In this document: positions 15,730 through 25,029 of the stretch, one piece after another
Position numbering within the stretch: the stretch's first letter is position 1
How the letters are laid out: the number at the start of each line of letters is the position of its first letter
Assembly (NCBI GenBank): GCA_963666805.2
Contig: CAXXWR010000003.1
Coordinates: 555,489 to 587,488 of the forward strand
Length of the DNA stretch: 32,000 nt
From: an uncultured Fusibacter sp.
Lineage (GTDB): Bacteria; Bacillota; Clostridia; Peptostreptococcales; Acidaminobacteraceae
Direction of reading: 5' to 3'
Notes under the pieces: generated by a model
Seen by the model: only the letters and a program-made list of their open reading frames with translations
Told to the model about the DNA's origin: nothing
Database searches by the model: none
Made by a program: the position numbers and the translations under genes

Positions 15730-16756
15730 GGCAGAACAAAATAAAGATATCCGCATTCGTCTCAATGCAAATGAACTCAATATTCCATTTGATCAAGAAT
15801 GGTTAGATGAAATGAAAGCCGCTATCACTTTTGATGACATCAACCGTTATCCTGAAACCAATTCAGATGGGCTCTTAGCTGTCGCTTCAGACAAATTCAA
15901 AGTGCCAGCCTATCAGATCGTAGCAGGGAATGGTTCCGATGAACTCCTCGACATTGTCTACAAAGCTTTTACGTCTCCCGGCGACAAAGTGCTCGCTTTT
16001 ACCCCTAGTTTTGTTATGTATGAAATCATTAGCGATATCTACCAAACCGATTTCAAAACCTTTAATGTCATGGACTCTACCACCATTGATGTCGACGCCC
16101 TTATTGACGTTATGAAAAAAGAAAAACCGCAACTCACTTTCATTTGCAACCCCAATAATCCAACTGGTCAATTACTCAGTCACACCTCTATTGAAAGAAT
16201 TATTCAAACTGGCATTGGCACCATTGTTATTGATGAAGCCTATGGTGAGTTTATCGGTCCTGATTTTATGGCTTACAGTGCCATTGACTTAATTGATAAG
16301 TATGACAATGTCATCGTCTTAAAGACCCTTTCAAAAGCATACGGCCTTGCTGGCTTACGGGTTGGTTTTTCACTTTCAGGTGAATCTGCAAGCCAACAAT
16401 TACTCGCCAATAAGTACCCTTACAACCTCAACCAATACTCACAGCAATTTGCAATGGCACTCTTAAATGAAAAATATACTGATAAAGTCATGAAACGCGT
16501 TGAATTAACGCTCATCCAACGTGAACGCACCCTAGCCGCCTTAAATGCAATTGAGGGCATTACCCCTTCGCCTTCTGCAGGTAATTTTATCTGGTTTTAT
16601 ACAGAATATCCCGAACTTAAAAATGCCCTCCTCGATCAAGGTATCCTCATTCGTGCTTTCGATCATCTCAAAGGCTACTACCGCGTGACAATTGGTACAG
16701 AAGCTGAAATGTCTATTTTTATAGACGTTATCACCCAACTGTTTAAGGAGGTTTAA
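15722..16756 (+). CDS. hisC: Histidinol-phosphate aminotransferase
   Basis: 344-aa class-II aminotransferase with LNANELN, GNGSDELLD, NPNNPTG, DEAYGEF, the TLSKAYGLAGLRVG PLP-Lys motif, and IRAF...YYRVTIG. Overlaps the hisG stop. Confidence 0.9.
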   Translation: MYKAEQNKDIRIRLNANELNIPFDQEWLDEMKAAITFDDINRYPETNSDGLLAVASDKFKVPAYQIVAGNGSDELLDIVYKAFTSPGDKVLAFTPSFVMYEIISDIYQTDFKTFNVMDSTTIDVDALIDVMKKEKPQLTFICNPNNPTGQLLSHTSIERIIQTGIGTIVIDEAYGEFIGPDFMAYSAIDLIDKYDNVIVLKTLSKAYGLAGLRVGFSLSGESASQQLLANKYPYNLNQYSQQFAMALLNEKYTDKVMKRVELTLIQRERTLAALNAIEGITPSPSAGNFIWFYTEYPELKNALLDQGILIRAFDHLKGYYRVTIGTEAEMSIFIDVITQLFKEV

Positions 16757-16757
16757 A

Positions 16758-17327
16758 ATGCGTACGTCTACTCTATTGAGAGAAACCAACGAAACTCAAG
16801 TTATCGTTACCTTGGATTTAGATCAAACTGTGGGATCTGATATTCGCACTTCTATCCCTTTTTTTAATCACATGCTAGAGCAATTGGGCAAACACAGTGG
16901 TTTTGCCCTTACTGTTAAAGCTTCAGGTGATGACGTCCACCACATCGTTGAGGATGTGGGCATTACCTTAGGTGAAGCTTTTTTAGAAGCTATTGGCGAC
17001 AAAAAAGGCATCGAACGTTATGCTTCTATGATGGTCCCTATGGATGAATCCCTTATCAATGGTGCGATTGATATTTCAGGTCGACCTTATCTTAACTTCA
17101 ACTGTCAATTGCCATCACCTATGACCAGTGGATTTGAGTCTGAACTCGTTAAAGAATTTCTCTTGGCCTTCGTAACACACGCTAAAATCACCCTACACAT
17201 GATTCAAATTCAGGGCGATAATACTCACCATATTATTGAGAATGTCTTTAAACTCTTAGCTAGACTCTTAAAAACGTCTGCTGCTATCACCGGTAAATCT
17301 CTCCCCTCTACGAAAGGAGTCTTGTAA
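16758..17327 (+). CDS. hisB: Imidazoleglycerol-phosphate dehydratase (monofunctional)
   Basis: 189 aa with RETNETQV, FFNHMLEQLGKHSGF, DDVHHIVEDVGI, GDNTHHIIE and LPSTKGVL. Confidence 0.9.
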   Translation: MRTSTLLRETNETQVIVTLDLDQTVGSDIRTSIPFFNHMLEQLGKHSGFALTVKASGDDVHHIVEDVGITLGEAFLEAIGDKKGIERYASMMVPMDESLINGAIDISGRPYLNFNCQLPSPMTSGFESELVKEFLLAFVTHAKITLHMIQIQGDNTHHIIENVFKLLARLLKTSAAITGKSLPSTKGVL

Positions 17328-17942
17328 ATGATTGTTATTGTTAATTATGATATTGGCAACGTCTTTAATGTTCAAAACGCCCTCAATCATATGGGTTATC
17401 CTTGCCTTTTGTCCTCTGATCCAGATGTTATCTTAAAGGCTGATGCCATTATACTTCCCGGCGTAGGTGCCTTTAGAGACGCTATCCAATCCCTTGAAGA
17501 CAAAAAGCTCATATCAGTCTTAAAAGAAGCCGTCACTAAAAAGATTCCCCTGCTTGGCATTTGTCTTGGAATGCAATTGCTTTATGAAAAGAGTTTTGAA
17601 AATGGTGAATATGAAGGTTTGGGATTCCTAAAAGGTGACATTGTCAAATTTGATGAAAGCAGAGTGTCCCAAATCCCTCAAATGGGCTGGAACAACCTTG
17701 AATCTGTAAATGATTCTCCCTTTAGTCAGTCAGAAGGTGACGTTTACTTCGTTCATTCTTACTATGCTCAAGGAAATACAAGTCAAATCTTATCGGTTGT
17801 CAATTATGAAGGTGTTAAAGTCCCAGCCATTGTAGGTGAATTTCCTGTCTATGGTATGCAATTTCACCCTGAAAAAAGTGGAAAAGAAGGACTTAAAATA
17901 CTCAAAGCTTTTTTAAACATCGTGCCCACTTATATCAGATAG
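17328..17942 (+). CDS. hisH: Imidazole glycerol phosphate synthase, glutaminase subunit
   Basis: 204-aa class-I amidotransferase with LPGVGAF, GICLGMQLL (catalytic Cys), VHSYY and QFHPEKSG. Confidence 0.9.
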   Translation: MIVIVNYDIGNVFNVQNALNHMGYPCLLSSDPDVILKADAIILPGVGAFRDAIQSLEDKKLISVLKEAVTKKIPLLGICLGMQLLYEKSFENGEYEGLGFLKGDIVKFDESRVSQIPQMGWNNLESVNDSPFSQSEGDVYFVHSYYAQGNTSQILSVVNYEGVKVPAIVGEFPVYGMQFHPEKSGKEGLKILKAFLNIVPTYIR

Positions 17943-18010
17943 GTTCAATTAAATCCTAGTCATTCAGAAATGAGTAACTAGATAAATCAATAAGATTAGG
18001 AGTGTCATAT

Positions 18011-18724
18011 ATGATTATTTACCCCGCAATAGATTTATTAGATGGCAAGTGTGTTCGCCTGCAAAAAGGCGATTTTAAAAAGTCTACCACCTACTATGAA
18101 GACCCTTTAGACGCCGCTCGCTTTTGGAAAAAGAGTGGTTCCGACTACCTACACATTGTTGATTTAAACGGTTCAAAAGACGGCATTTTCTATCATCTTG
18201 ATCTCGTCAAATCAATCATTGAAGAAACAGGTCTCTCCATCCAATTTGGAGGTGGTATTCGTTCTAAAGAACAAGTCGATCAACTGATTCAAATTGGTGT
18301 TGATCGACTTGTTATTGGCTCACTCGCTGTAAAAAATGTTGACCTCTTTCAAAGAATACTTGAAGATTATGGTGATAAAATCGTATGTGCTATTGATGCT
18401 AAAAATGGCTATGTCGCAACTGACGGCTGGACAAGTGCCAGTCAGCTAAGCTATATAGACTTTGCCAAAGCACTTGAACGTATGGGGTGTACCCAAGTAC
18501 TTTACACCGATATTGAACGTGACGGCATGCTCACCGGTCCTGACCTAAAAGGTTATGAACACCTCAAAAAAGAAACCTCTTTAAACATTGTTGCTTCGGG
18601 TGGAATTGCCACTCTTGAAGATGTTAATCAACTCAAATCGCTTGATGTCTACGCGACCATTATTGGCAAAGCTTTCTATGAAAAGCGGTTTAGCTTAGAA
18701 CAAGTTCTCACTTTAATCCAATAG
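18011..18724 (+). CDS. hisA: ProFAR isomerase
   Basis: [31 protein letters not shown] and [11 protein letters not shown]. Start set at ATG 18011 (AGGAG 9 nt upstream). The ORF track begins at GTG 18002. Confidence 0.9.
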   Translation: MIIYPAIDLLDGKCVRLQKGDFKKSTTYYEDPLDAARFWKKSGSDYLHIVDLNGSKDGIFYHLDLVKSIIEETGLSIQFGGGIRSKEQVDQLIQIGVDRLVIGSLAVKNVDLFQRILEDYGDKIVCAIDAKNGYVATDGWTSASQLSYIDFAKALERMGCTQVLYTDIERDGMLTGPDLKGYEHLKKETSLNIVASGGIATLEDVNQLKSLDVYATIIGKAFYEKRFSLEQVLTLIQ

Positions 18725-18771
18725 GTGTTCATCCTCCTATGTCTATCAAAAGCAAAAGAAAGGAATTGACT

Positions 18772-20145
18772 ATGATTAAAAAACGTATTATCCCATGTCT
18801 TGATATCGCTGATGGCAAAGTCGTCAAAGGGATTAACTTTCAAAATATAAAGACCATCGCTGACCCTGTAGAGATGGCAACCTTTTATTCTAAAACTGGG
18901 GCAGATGAGCTGGTCTTTTATGATATAACTGCTTCTTATGAAGAAAGAGGAACATTTGTCGATATGGTTAAAGCAGTGGCACAGAGTGTCTTTATTCCCC
19001 TTACAGTTGGCGGTGGTGTCCGCTCGGTTGCTGATTTTGACTTACTTTTAAAATCAGGTGCCGATAAAATCTCAATCAATAGTTCAGCTATTAAAAACCC
19101 CGACCTCATACAAGAAGCCAGCCAACGTTTTGGTTCTCAGTGTGTCGTTCTCTCCATGGATGTCAAACGGGTTAATGGTGTCTATAAAGTTTTCGCCAAG
19201 GGCGGTCGTGAAGAAACAGACCTTGAAGCCGTCGCTTGGGCACAACAAGGCGTCTCACTTGGTGCCGGTGAATTGGTCATCAATTCTATTGATACCGACG
19301 GGGTTAAAGGTGGCTTTGATATCGACCTATTAAATGCTATTTCAGAAGTGGTATCAGTACCTATTATCGCTTCTGGCGGTGCAGGTTCTATGTCAGATTT
19401 CAAAAAACTCTTTGAAACCACTACTATAGATGCAGGGCTAGCCGCTTCTATCTTTCACACGCAGCAAGTGATGATTCAAGACTTAAAACTCTACCTCGCT
19501 AAAAATAAAATTCCTGTTCGCTTTGGATTTATAGGTGATCAGCTCATACCTGCCGTCGTTCAATCTGCAAAAAGTAAAAAGGTCCTCATGCTTGCCTATA
19601 TGAACGAAACAGCACTCCAAAAATCTATGACAATTGGGGAAACTGTCTTTTACTCTCGCTCAAGACAATGCTTATGGCACAAGGGAGAAACTTCTGGTAA
19701 TACTCAAAAAATCGTTGATATTCAATTTGATTGTGATCAAGACACCTTACTTGTCAAGGTTGAAGAAGCAGGCCCTGCCTGTCACACAGGAAGTGAAACC
19801 TGTTTTGATCGCTATGAGGATTATAAGAACTATGAAGACTATGAAGACTATAAAGACTACGAAGCAGATTCTCCCCTTCTCAAACGACTCTATGATATCG
19901 TTATGGACCGTAAACTCAACCCCACCGAAGGCAGTTATACCAATTATCTCTTTGAAAAGGGCGTTGATAAAATTCTGAAAAAAGTGGGAGAAGAAACAGC
20001 CGAAGTTATCATTGGTGCTAAAAATACCAACGAAGAATTAATCTATGAAACAGCCGATCTCTTTTACCATGTCATGGTGCTCCTCGTCAACCAAGGCGTT
20101 ACTTATGAATCAATCGCAGAAGAACTCAAAAAAAGAGAAAAGTAA
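18772..20145 (+). CDS. hisF/hisIE: Single ORF fusing HisF (IGP synthase cyclase), HisI (PR-AMP cyclohydrolase) and HisE (PR-ATP pyrophosphohydrolase)
   Basis: HisF part: [44 protein letters not shown] and ASGGAGS, ending about nt 19521. HisI part: [42 protein letters not shown] and [12 protein letters not shown]. HisE part: [20 protein letters not shown] and [11 protein letters not shown] saw no in-frame stop anywhere along the ORF. Start set at ATG 18772 (AAAGGAA Shine-Dalgarno). Confidence 0.85.
   Translation: MIKKRIIPCLDIADGKVVKGINFQNIKTIADPVEMATFYSKTGADELVFYDITASYEERGTFVDMVKAVAQSVFIPLTVGGGVRSVADFDLLLKSGADKISINSSAIKNPDLIQEASQRFGSQCVVLSMDVKRVNGVYKVFAKGGREETDLEAVAWAQQGVSLGAGELVINSIDTDGVKGGFDIDLLNAISEVVSVPIIASGGAGSMSDFKKLFETTTIDAGLAASIFHTQQVMIQDLKLYLAKNKIPVRFGFIGDQLIPAVVQSAKSKKVLMLAYMNETALQKSMTIGETVFYSRSRQCLWHKGETSGNTQKIVDIQFDCDQDTLLVKVEEAGPACHTGSETCFDRYEDYKNYEDYEDYKDYEADSPLLKRLYDIVMDRKLNPTEGSYTNYLFEKGVDKILKKVGEETAEVIIGAKNTNEELIYETADLFYHVMVLLVNQGVTYESIAEELKKREK
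19813..19866 (+). repeat. Six tandem in-frame copies of a 9-nt unit (TAT-GAR/AAR-GAY type) encoding the (Y-E/K-D/N)6 linker between HisI and HisE
   Basis: TATGAGGAT TATAAGAAC TATGAAGAC TATGAAGAC TATAAAGAC TACGAAGCA translates to [18 protein letters not shown]. Confidence 0.85.
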
Positions 20146-20196
20146 GTTTAAATAATCTGAACATAAATTTATTGAAAAATAAATCTATTGAAAAAT

Positions 20197-20245
20197 AAAA
20201 AAACTTCATGACCCCCTATACTTTAGGCGATCGTGAAGTTTTTTT
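20197..20245. terminator. Bidirectional terminator-like hairpin between the convergent hisF-IE and EamA genes
   Basis: AAAAAAACTTCATGA (20197..20211) pairs with TCGTGAAGTTTTTTT (20231..20245): 15 bp with one G-T pair and a 19-nt loop. The loop and 3' arm contain the last codons and stop of the EamA gene. Confidence 0.5.
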
Positions 20246-21148
20246 ATAATTAACAATAAATAGACCCATTGAAACACTGACTAAGCCTACTATCATCATT
20301 TGAGAAAAGTTCTCACCAGGAATGAATACCGCCGATAAGAAACTTCCAACGATGGGAACAGTAAACTTATAAAGTGTCACCTCACTGGCTTTATTATCTT
20401 TGAGAAGCATAAACCATAAACTAAAAGCCGTTGCAGAAATAAAGGCAGCATACAGCAAGAGTCCTCCTGACGCAAGGTTAAAATGAAGACTATTGACACC
20501 AGAGGTGGCAAATCCAATCACTAATAATACAATAGACCCTAACATCATTTGATAAGTCGTTACTTTAAAAGGATGAATCGTCTGGCCTGCTGATTTGGCT
20601 AGAAGTGTGCCTATCGTGCCAGAAATTCCAGCAAATATCATAAAGCCTTCTCCTATCCATTTAAAATCAAAACTACCAAAACCAGCATTAATATTAATTA
20701 AAACAATCCCTAAAAAGCCAAAGACTAGGCCCAGTATTTTTTTAACATTGATTTTATCATCTTGATAAACAAAGTGGGAGGCAATCACCACTAGAAAAGT
20801 ACTGATACTTTGTAAAATGGCTGCCTTTATCCCTGACGTATTGGCTAAACCATTGTAAAAGAAAAAATACATTAAACTGGTATTAAAAAGTCCCAATACC
20901 AATACTTTTATCAACTCACGCTGACTTAATCTCATATTAAGTTTAAGTCCAAACTTAGAAACCATAAAGAGGGCACAGGATGCTATAAAAAAACGCATGC
21001 CCGCAAAGGCAATTTTGCCATTAAAATCCGACGGACTTAGGTTTAATAATTCATAACTCTTTTTTAATACAGGAAATGCACTTCCCCACAAGACACAGCA
21101 GAAAAGTGCAATGATAACAACTTTTTTCTTATCTTTAAACATATTCAT
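20216..21148 (-). CDS. EamA/DMT-superfamily transporter
   Basis: 310-aa polytopic ORF with two similar five-TM-like halves. The N-terminal region CCVLWGSAFPVLK is typical of EamA repeats. Confidence 0.75.
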   Translation of the reverse strand: MNMFKDKKKVVIIALFCCVLWGSAFPVLKKSYELLNLSPSDFNGKIAFAGMRFFIASCALFMVSKFGLKLNMRLSQRELIKVLVLGLFNTSLMYFFFYNGLANTSGIKAAILQSISTFLVVIASHFVYQDDKINVKKILGLVFGFLGIVLININAGFGSFDFKWIGEGFMIFAGISGTIGTLLAKSAGQTIHPFKVTTYQMMLGSIVLLVIGFATSGVNSLHFNLASGGLLLYAAFISATAFSLWFMLLKDNKASEVTLYKFTVPIVGSFLSAVFIPGENFSQMMIVGLVSVSMGLFIVNYKKTSRSPKV

Positions 21149-21249
21149 AATTGACTACTTCCTAGCTCTATCCTTTAGCACTTCTCAAAGTGTTTAAGGT
21201 CATCTTCTTTTTTTATTCTCACTATCTTAACACGATTTTGACAAGCCGT

Positions 21250-22155
21250 CTATAAGAGTTTTCCTACAAGATAATGAATATAGAAGTTTAGCGCATCTGT
21301 AAATTTACGGATATCGTAACCCGTTGCCGTTTCAATTTTATTCAGTCTATAAATCAAAGTATTACGGTGAATGTAAAGTTTATTGGCGGTTTCTGTGACA
21401 TTGAGATTATTATTGAAAAAATTAATCGCTGTTTGTTCTAATTCTTCATCCCCCAGCTTTTTGACTTGATTTTTAAAGACGCTCTCTATCACATCATGCT
21501 GTCCCGTACTTTTCAGTTTCCATAATAAATAAGGCATTATCATTTGGTCAAAGCGTAGCACTTGTTCATTGATTTTAATCTGACCGCCAACCTTTTGCAG
21601 GTCAATGATTTGCTGATAACTTTTATGAATTTCACCAATATGCGTACAGCGATCACCGATGACAATCTTAGCCGATGTCAACGCTTCAGTCTCAATCATT
21701 CCAATAAGTTCATACGGCGAATGCCCAAAATCTGTAACGAAAACAATCATTTCATTATGATTCATCATTACGATTTCATCATTTGCAAAAGTAGATTTTA
21801 AGATTGCAAAAACATCATCAAAATTATTTTTAAAACTAATATGCCAAAGTTTCAGTGGAAATTCAAGGGCTGTTTGATAGCGGGTATAACCTTCCTCATC
21901 TAATAAGAGTTGCTTACCCGAGGTCTGCATCATTTCTAGCGATTTTTTAACCAAAGACGCTATAAGATGTCTTTCACGTTCATTAAGATTGGCATGCGAC
22001 ATAAAAAGCTCAATGTGGTAGTGATTAAACTTAATCGTCATATGTTGTGGATATTCTTCAAAATGATCTTCTGGAAAAAGCAAGTTGTGATTCACACGCA
22101 TAGCAAATTGATTACCCAGTAATTGTTTCAGTTCTAAATAGATTTTTTCAAACAT
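21250..22155 (-). CDS. PucR/CdaR-like transcriptional regulator
   Basis: C-terminal PucR-type helix-turn-helix, NVTETANKLYIHRNTLIYRLNKIE. ATG 22155 is preferred over the adjacent GTG 22158 (AGAGGTG Shine-Dalgarno). Confidence 0.65.
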   Translation of the reverse strand: MFEKIYLELKQLLGNQFAMRVNHNLLFPEDHFEEYPQHMTIKFNHYHIELFMSHANLNERERHLIASLVKKSLEMMQTSGKQLLLDEEGYTRYQTALEFPLKLWHISFKNNFDDVFAILKSTFANDEIVMMNHNEMIVFVTDFGHSPYELIGMIETEALTSAKIVIGDRCTHIGEIHKSYQQIIDLQKVGGQIKINEQVLRFDQMIMPYLLWKLKSTGQHDVIESVFKNQVKKLGDEELEQTAINFFNNNLNVTETANKLYIHRNTLIYRLNKIETATGYDIRKFTDALNFYIHYLVGKLL

Positions 22156-22198
22156 CACTACACCTCTTCTGAATTCTAAGACTGTTTTATGACTAAAG

Positions 22199-22229
22199 AA
22201 AAAATAGCCATATACTATGACTATTTTTC
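22199..22229 (-). terminator. Terminator-like hairpin downstream of the ABC ATPase gene
   Basis: AAAAATAGCCATA (22200..22212) pairs with TATGACTATTTTT (22216..22228): 13 bp with one mismatch. It is followed by a T-run on the minus strand. Confidence 0.5.
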
Positions 22230-22253
22230 CTTAATATTATTATATCAAAAGGT

Positions 22254-23348
22254 TTACAACAAAATTGATTTTTCTGTTTCTTTATCAAATAAATGTACTT
22301 TGTGGTTTTCAAAAGCCACATAAATATCATCATTGATTTTTAATTCATGGTGACCTTCTTCTTTAGCAATGTATTGTTTCTCATTGAAACTAAAGTAGAT
22401 ATTAAGATCACTTCCTAGAAGTTCAGTTACTTCAACTTTGGCTTTAATGCCTTCTCCTTTAGGAACTACTTTAATATTTTCAGGTCTTACCCCAATAGTA
22501 ACATTTTTATTAAGGTAACCTTTGCTTTTTACTTTATCAGCTGATTCTTTTGGAAGTTCAATTTCAAGACCATCAATTATCGCAAATACTTTACCATCTT
22601 TATCTGTTAACGTACCGTCTAAGAAGTTCATTTGAGGTGCACCAATAAAACCTGCAACAAACATATTAGCTGGTGAATTATAGATTGTTTTAGGATCAGC
22701 TACTTGTTGAATCACACCTTCATTCATAACACAAATTCTTGAACCCATTGTCATGGCTTCTGTTTGGTCATGTGTTACATAAACAAAAGTCGTTTGAAGG
22801 TCATTGTGAAGTTTTATAAGTTCTGCTCTCATTTGAACCCTTAATTTAGCATCAAGGTTTGAAAGTGGTTCATCCATTAAGAATACTTCTGGTTTTCTAA
22901 CAATGGCACGACCAAGAGCAACCCTTTGTCTTTGACCACCTGATAATTGTTTTGGTTTTCTATCCAGTAATTGTTCAATTCCTAAAATTTTAGCTGCTTT
23001 TTCAATTCTTTCTTTAATTTCAGTTTTAGGTGTTTTTTGAAGTTTTAATCCAAAAGCCATGTTATCATATACTGACATATGAGGATAAAGGGCATAATTT
23101 TGGAACACCATTGCAATATTTCTGTCTTTAGGTGCTACATCATTTACCATATTCTCACCAATGAAAAGTTCACCTTCTGAAATTTCTTCAAGTCCCGCAA
23201 TCATACGTAGTGTTGTCGTTTTACCACAACCCGATGGGCCTACCAAAATCATGAACTCTTTGTCTTGAATATCTAAGTCAACACCTTTTACTGCGTGAAA
23301 TCCATTAGGATATACTTTATTGATTTGATCGAGAACAACTTTAGCCAT
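22254..23348 (-). CDS. Sugar-type ABC transporter ATP-binding protein (MsmK/UgpC/MalK family)
   Basis: 364 aa with Walker A GPSGCGKTT, signature LSGGQRQRVALGRA, Walker B FLMDEPLSNLD and H-loop YVTHDQ. The C-terminal regulatory (TOBE-like) domain is typical of MalK-type ATPases. Confidence 0.9.
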   Translation of the reverse strand: MAKVVLDQINKVYPNGFHAVKGVDLDIQDKEFMILVGPSGCGKTTTLRMIAGLEEISEGELFIGENMVNDVAPKDRNIAMVFQNYALYPHMSVYDNMAFGLKLQKTPKTEIKERIEKAAKILGIEQLLDRKPKQLSGGQRQRVALGRAIVRKPEVFLMDEPLSNLDAKLRVQMRAELIKLHNDLQTTFVYVTHDQTEAMTMGSRICVMNEGVIQQVADPKTIYNSPANMFVAGFIGAPQMNFLDGTLTDKDGKVFAIIDGLEIELPKESADKVKSKGYLNKNVTIGVRPENIKVVPKGEGIKAKVEVTELLGSDLNIYFSFNEKQYIAKEEGHHELKINDDIYVAFENHKVHLFDKETEKSILL

Positions 23349-23498
23349 TTGCTACCTCCAATATAAATCTTTGTGTCCTATCTTGATGATAGTCCAATCA
23401 TTTATTATAGATTTATTATATCGAAATGGTCTTTTAATTGATATTGGATGATTGCACAAAAATCATTGTAGGTTTTGTTCATCCGACAACGAGACATC

Positions 23499-23527
23499 AA
23501 AAAAGTGCCCCCTAAGGCGCACTTTTA
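23499..23527 (-). terminator. Rho-independent terminator after the 162-aa membrane protein gene
   Basis: A GC-rich hairpin (AAAAGTGCC..GGCGCACTTTT, about 10 bp with one bulge) lies immediately downstream of the stop at 23532. It is followed by TTTTTTG on the minus strand. Confidence 0.6.
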
Positions 23528-23531
23528 TTTT

Positions 23532-24020
23532 TTAATCTTCCCATCCGTTATCGTAGTCATCTTCATATTGAGCTTCATCATCATACCCACGAGGTCTTAC
23601 ATCTTTAAAATCATCTTCTTTAATCATTTTTTTCGTGAAATCAGTCCACGACTCAGGATAATCTGCTGGAATGGTAACGCCTTCTATGTAGCATTCTCCC
23701 TTAAACCTTTTATCAATTGTTTCCATTGAATAATTCGGTAACTGAGAAAGCTTGGTATCAGGGTTTTTCATGACATAGAGTTTTCTGAGATCTTCTCTAC
23801 GTGCCACATAATATTTTCGATTATAGAAAAAATGCCAACTGCTGAGGTTAAAGGCAAGTAACAAGACCACAATATAGACAATACGTTCATCCTGTATTAC
23901 CCAACTAAAATTCAAGACGATTAATGGGATGACTATCATATCTACAATCACTGCTATAATCCTTATAATCCTTGATTTTATGCGAAGATGGCTTTTCTTT
24001 GGCTGATTCGTCTCTGTCAT
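23532..24020 (-). CDS. Hypothetical membrane protein (two N-terminal TM segments, acidic aromatic C-terminal tail)
   Basis: AAGGAGA Shine-Dalgarno and its own terminator support it as a gene. Two hydrophobic segments are followed by a soluble domain ending in YDDEAQYEDDYDNGWED. I recognise no family. Confidence 0.6.
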   Translation of the reverse strand: MTETNQPKKSHLRIKSRIIRIIAVIVDMIVIPLIVLNFSWVIQDERIVYIVVLLLAFNLSSWHFFYNRKYYVARREDLRKLYVMKNPDTKLSQLPNYSMETIDKRFKGECYIEGVTIPADYPESWTDFTKKMIKEDDFKDVRPRGYDDEAQYEDDYDNGWED

Positions 24021-24105
24021 GTAGTCATTCTCCTTATTCTTTACTATACTCTATATAACATTCATCATTTGCAACAAGGGAATAGAGCCATTTATTACCG
24101 CGCAA

Positions 24106-24948
24106 TTAGCTCAAAAAACCTTCCCCTAGTACTTCTCTAACATTAGCAACTGTTACAAACGCTTTCTCGTCAATACTTTTAACGTACATTCTAAGTCGAA
24201 CAAATTCTTTCTTCCCCATCACTGAATTGACGATTTCCTTGTTTGAGCTGGTATATCCCCCTTTAGCAGTATATATAGTTGCTCCACGGTTAAGTTCTTC
24301 ATAGATAAACTTTTGAATTTCTTCAGAATGATCCGATATCACGGATACTGACACTTTCATTGAAAATCCTTCTATGACATTATCAACAATAATACCATTG
24401 AGTATAACCCCTAAGAGGGCATAAATGGCAAGTTCGATACCAAATACAAAACTAGCAAGTAAAACGACCACCATATCTGCCATCAATAATGACTTTCCTA
24501 TATCTGTGTGGAAGTATTTATTAAGAATTTTGGCAATGATATCCGTTCCACCTGTAGAGGCGTTTTGATTAAAGACAATTCCCAATCCTATTCCCGAAAT
24601 AATAATACCAACAATTAAATTCACTAAAAGATCATCTACCAGAGGTTCTTTCAAAGTTATCATGCTGTCAAAAACATAAACAAGCCCTGACAATAAAAAA
24701 CTGGTATAAATTGTTTTAGCACCAAATTGTGGTCCTATTGCAATGAAACCCACTACGAATAAAATAACATTGAGTACAAATAAGATACTCCCTATTTCAA
24801 ATTGGGGCAATACATGATTAATGACCATAGCAAGCCCTGTCACACCACCTGTTGCCAAATCAGCAGGAATCAGGAAAAAGGACAATCCCATGGCGACAAT
24901 CGCCGCACCTATGGTCACTAATACAAACTCTTTTATCTTTTTCTTCAT
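24106..24948 (-). CDS. YitT-family membrane protein (with DUF2179-type C-terminal domain)
   Basis: ATGGVTGLAM and STGGTDIIAKIL are the GG-T-G/D motifs of the YitT repeats. The soluble C-terminus reads GATIYTAKGGYTS...FVTV. GAGGTGA Shine-Dalgarno. Confidence 0.75.
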   Translation of the reverse strand: MKKKIKEFVLVTIGAAIVAMGLSFFLIPADLATGGVTGLAMVINHVLPQFEIGSILFVLNVILFVVGFIAIGPQFGAKTIYTSFLLSGLVYVFDSMITLKEPLVDDLLVNLIVGIIISGIGLGIVFNQNASTGGTDIIAKILNKYFHTDIGKSLLMADMVVVLLASFVFGIELAIYALLGVILNGIIVDNVIEGFSMKVSVSVISDHSEEIQKFIYEELNRGATIYTAKGGYTSSNKEIVNSVMGKKEFVRLRMYVKSIDEKAFVTVANVREVLGEGFLS

Positions 24949-24993
24949 CTTTCTTCACCTCATTTATTATAAGTCTTCTCTAAAACTATACCC

Positions 24994-25029
24994 ACAAAAA
25001 ACATAACTATCGAAAGCGTCGATAGTTAT
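24994..25029 (-). terminator. Strong hairpin plus T-run in the 255-nt gap upstream of yitT
   Basis: ATAACTATCGA (25003..25013), loop AAGCG, then TCGATAGTTAT (25019..25029) form a perfect 11-bp stem. GTTTTTTG follows on the minus strand. It is either the terminator of the upstream 220-aa gene or an attenuator for yitT. Confidence 0.55.

Noticed and set aside
15887-19978. ORFs 15887..16171, 15930..16115, 16541..16789, 19058..19333, 19182..19421 and 19634..19978 within the his operon
   Set aside because: They overlap hisC, hisB or hisF-IE, all of which have unambiguous enzyme motifs in the annotated frames.
20171-20199. Direct repeat ATTGAAAAATAAA x2, spaced 16 nt apart, downstream of hisF-IE
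   Set aside because: It is a short, AT-rich, low-complexity sequence in an intergenic terminator region, with no associated feature. It is probably a chance occurrence.
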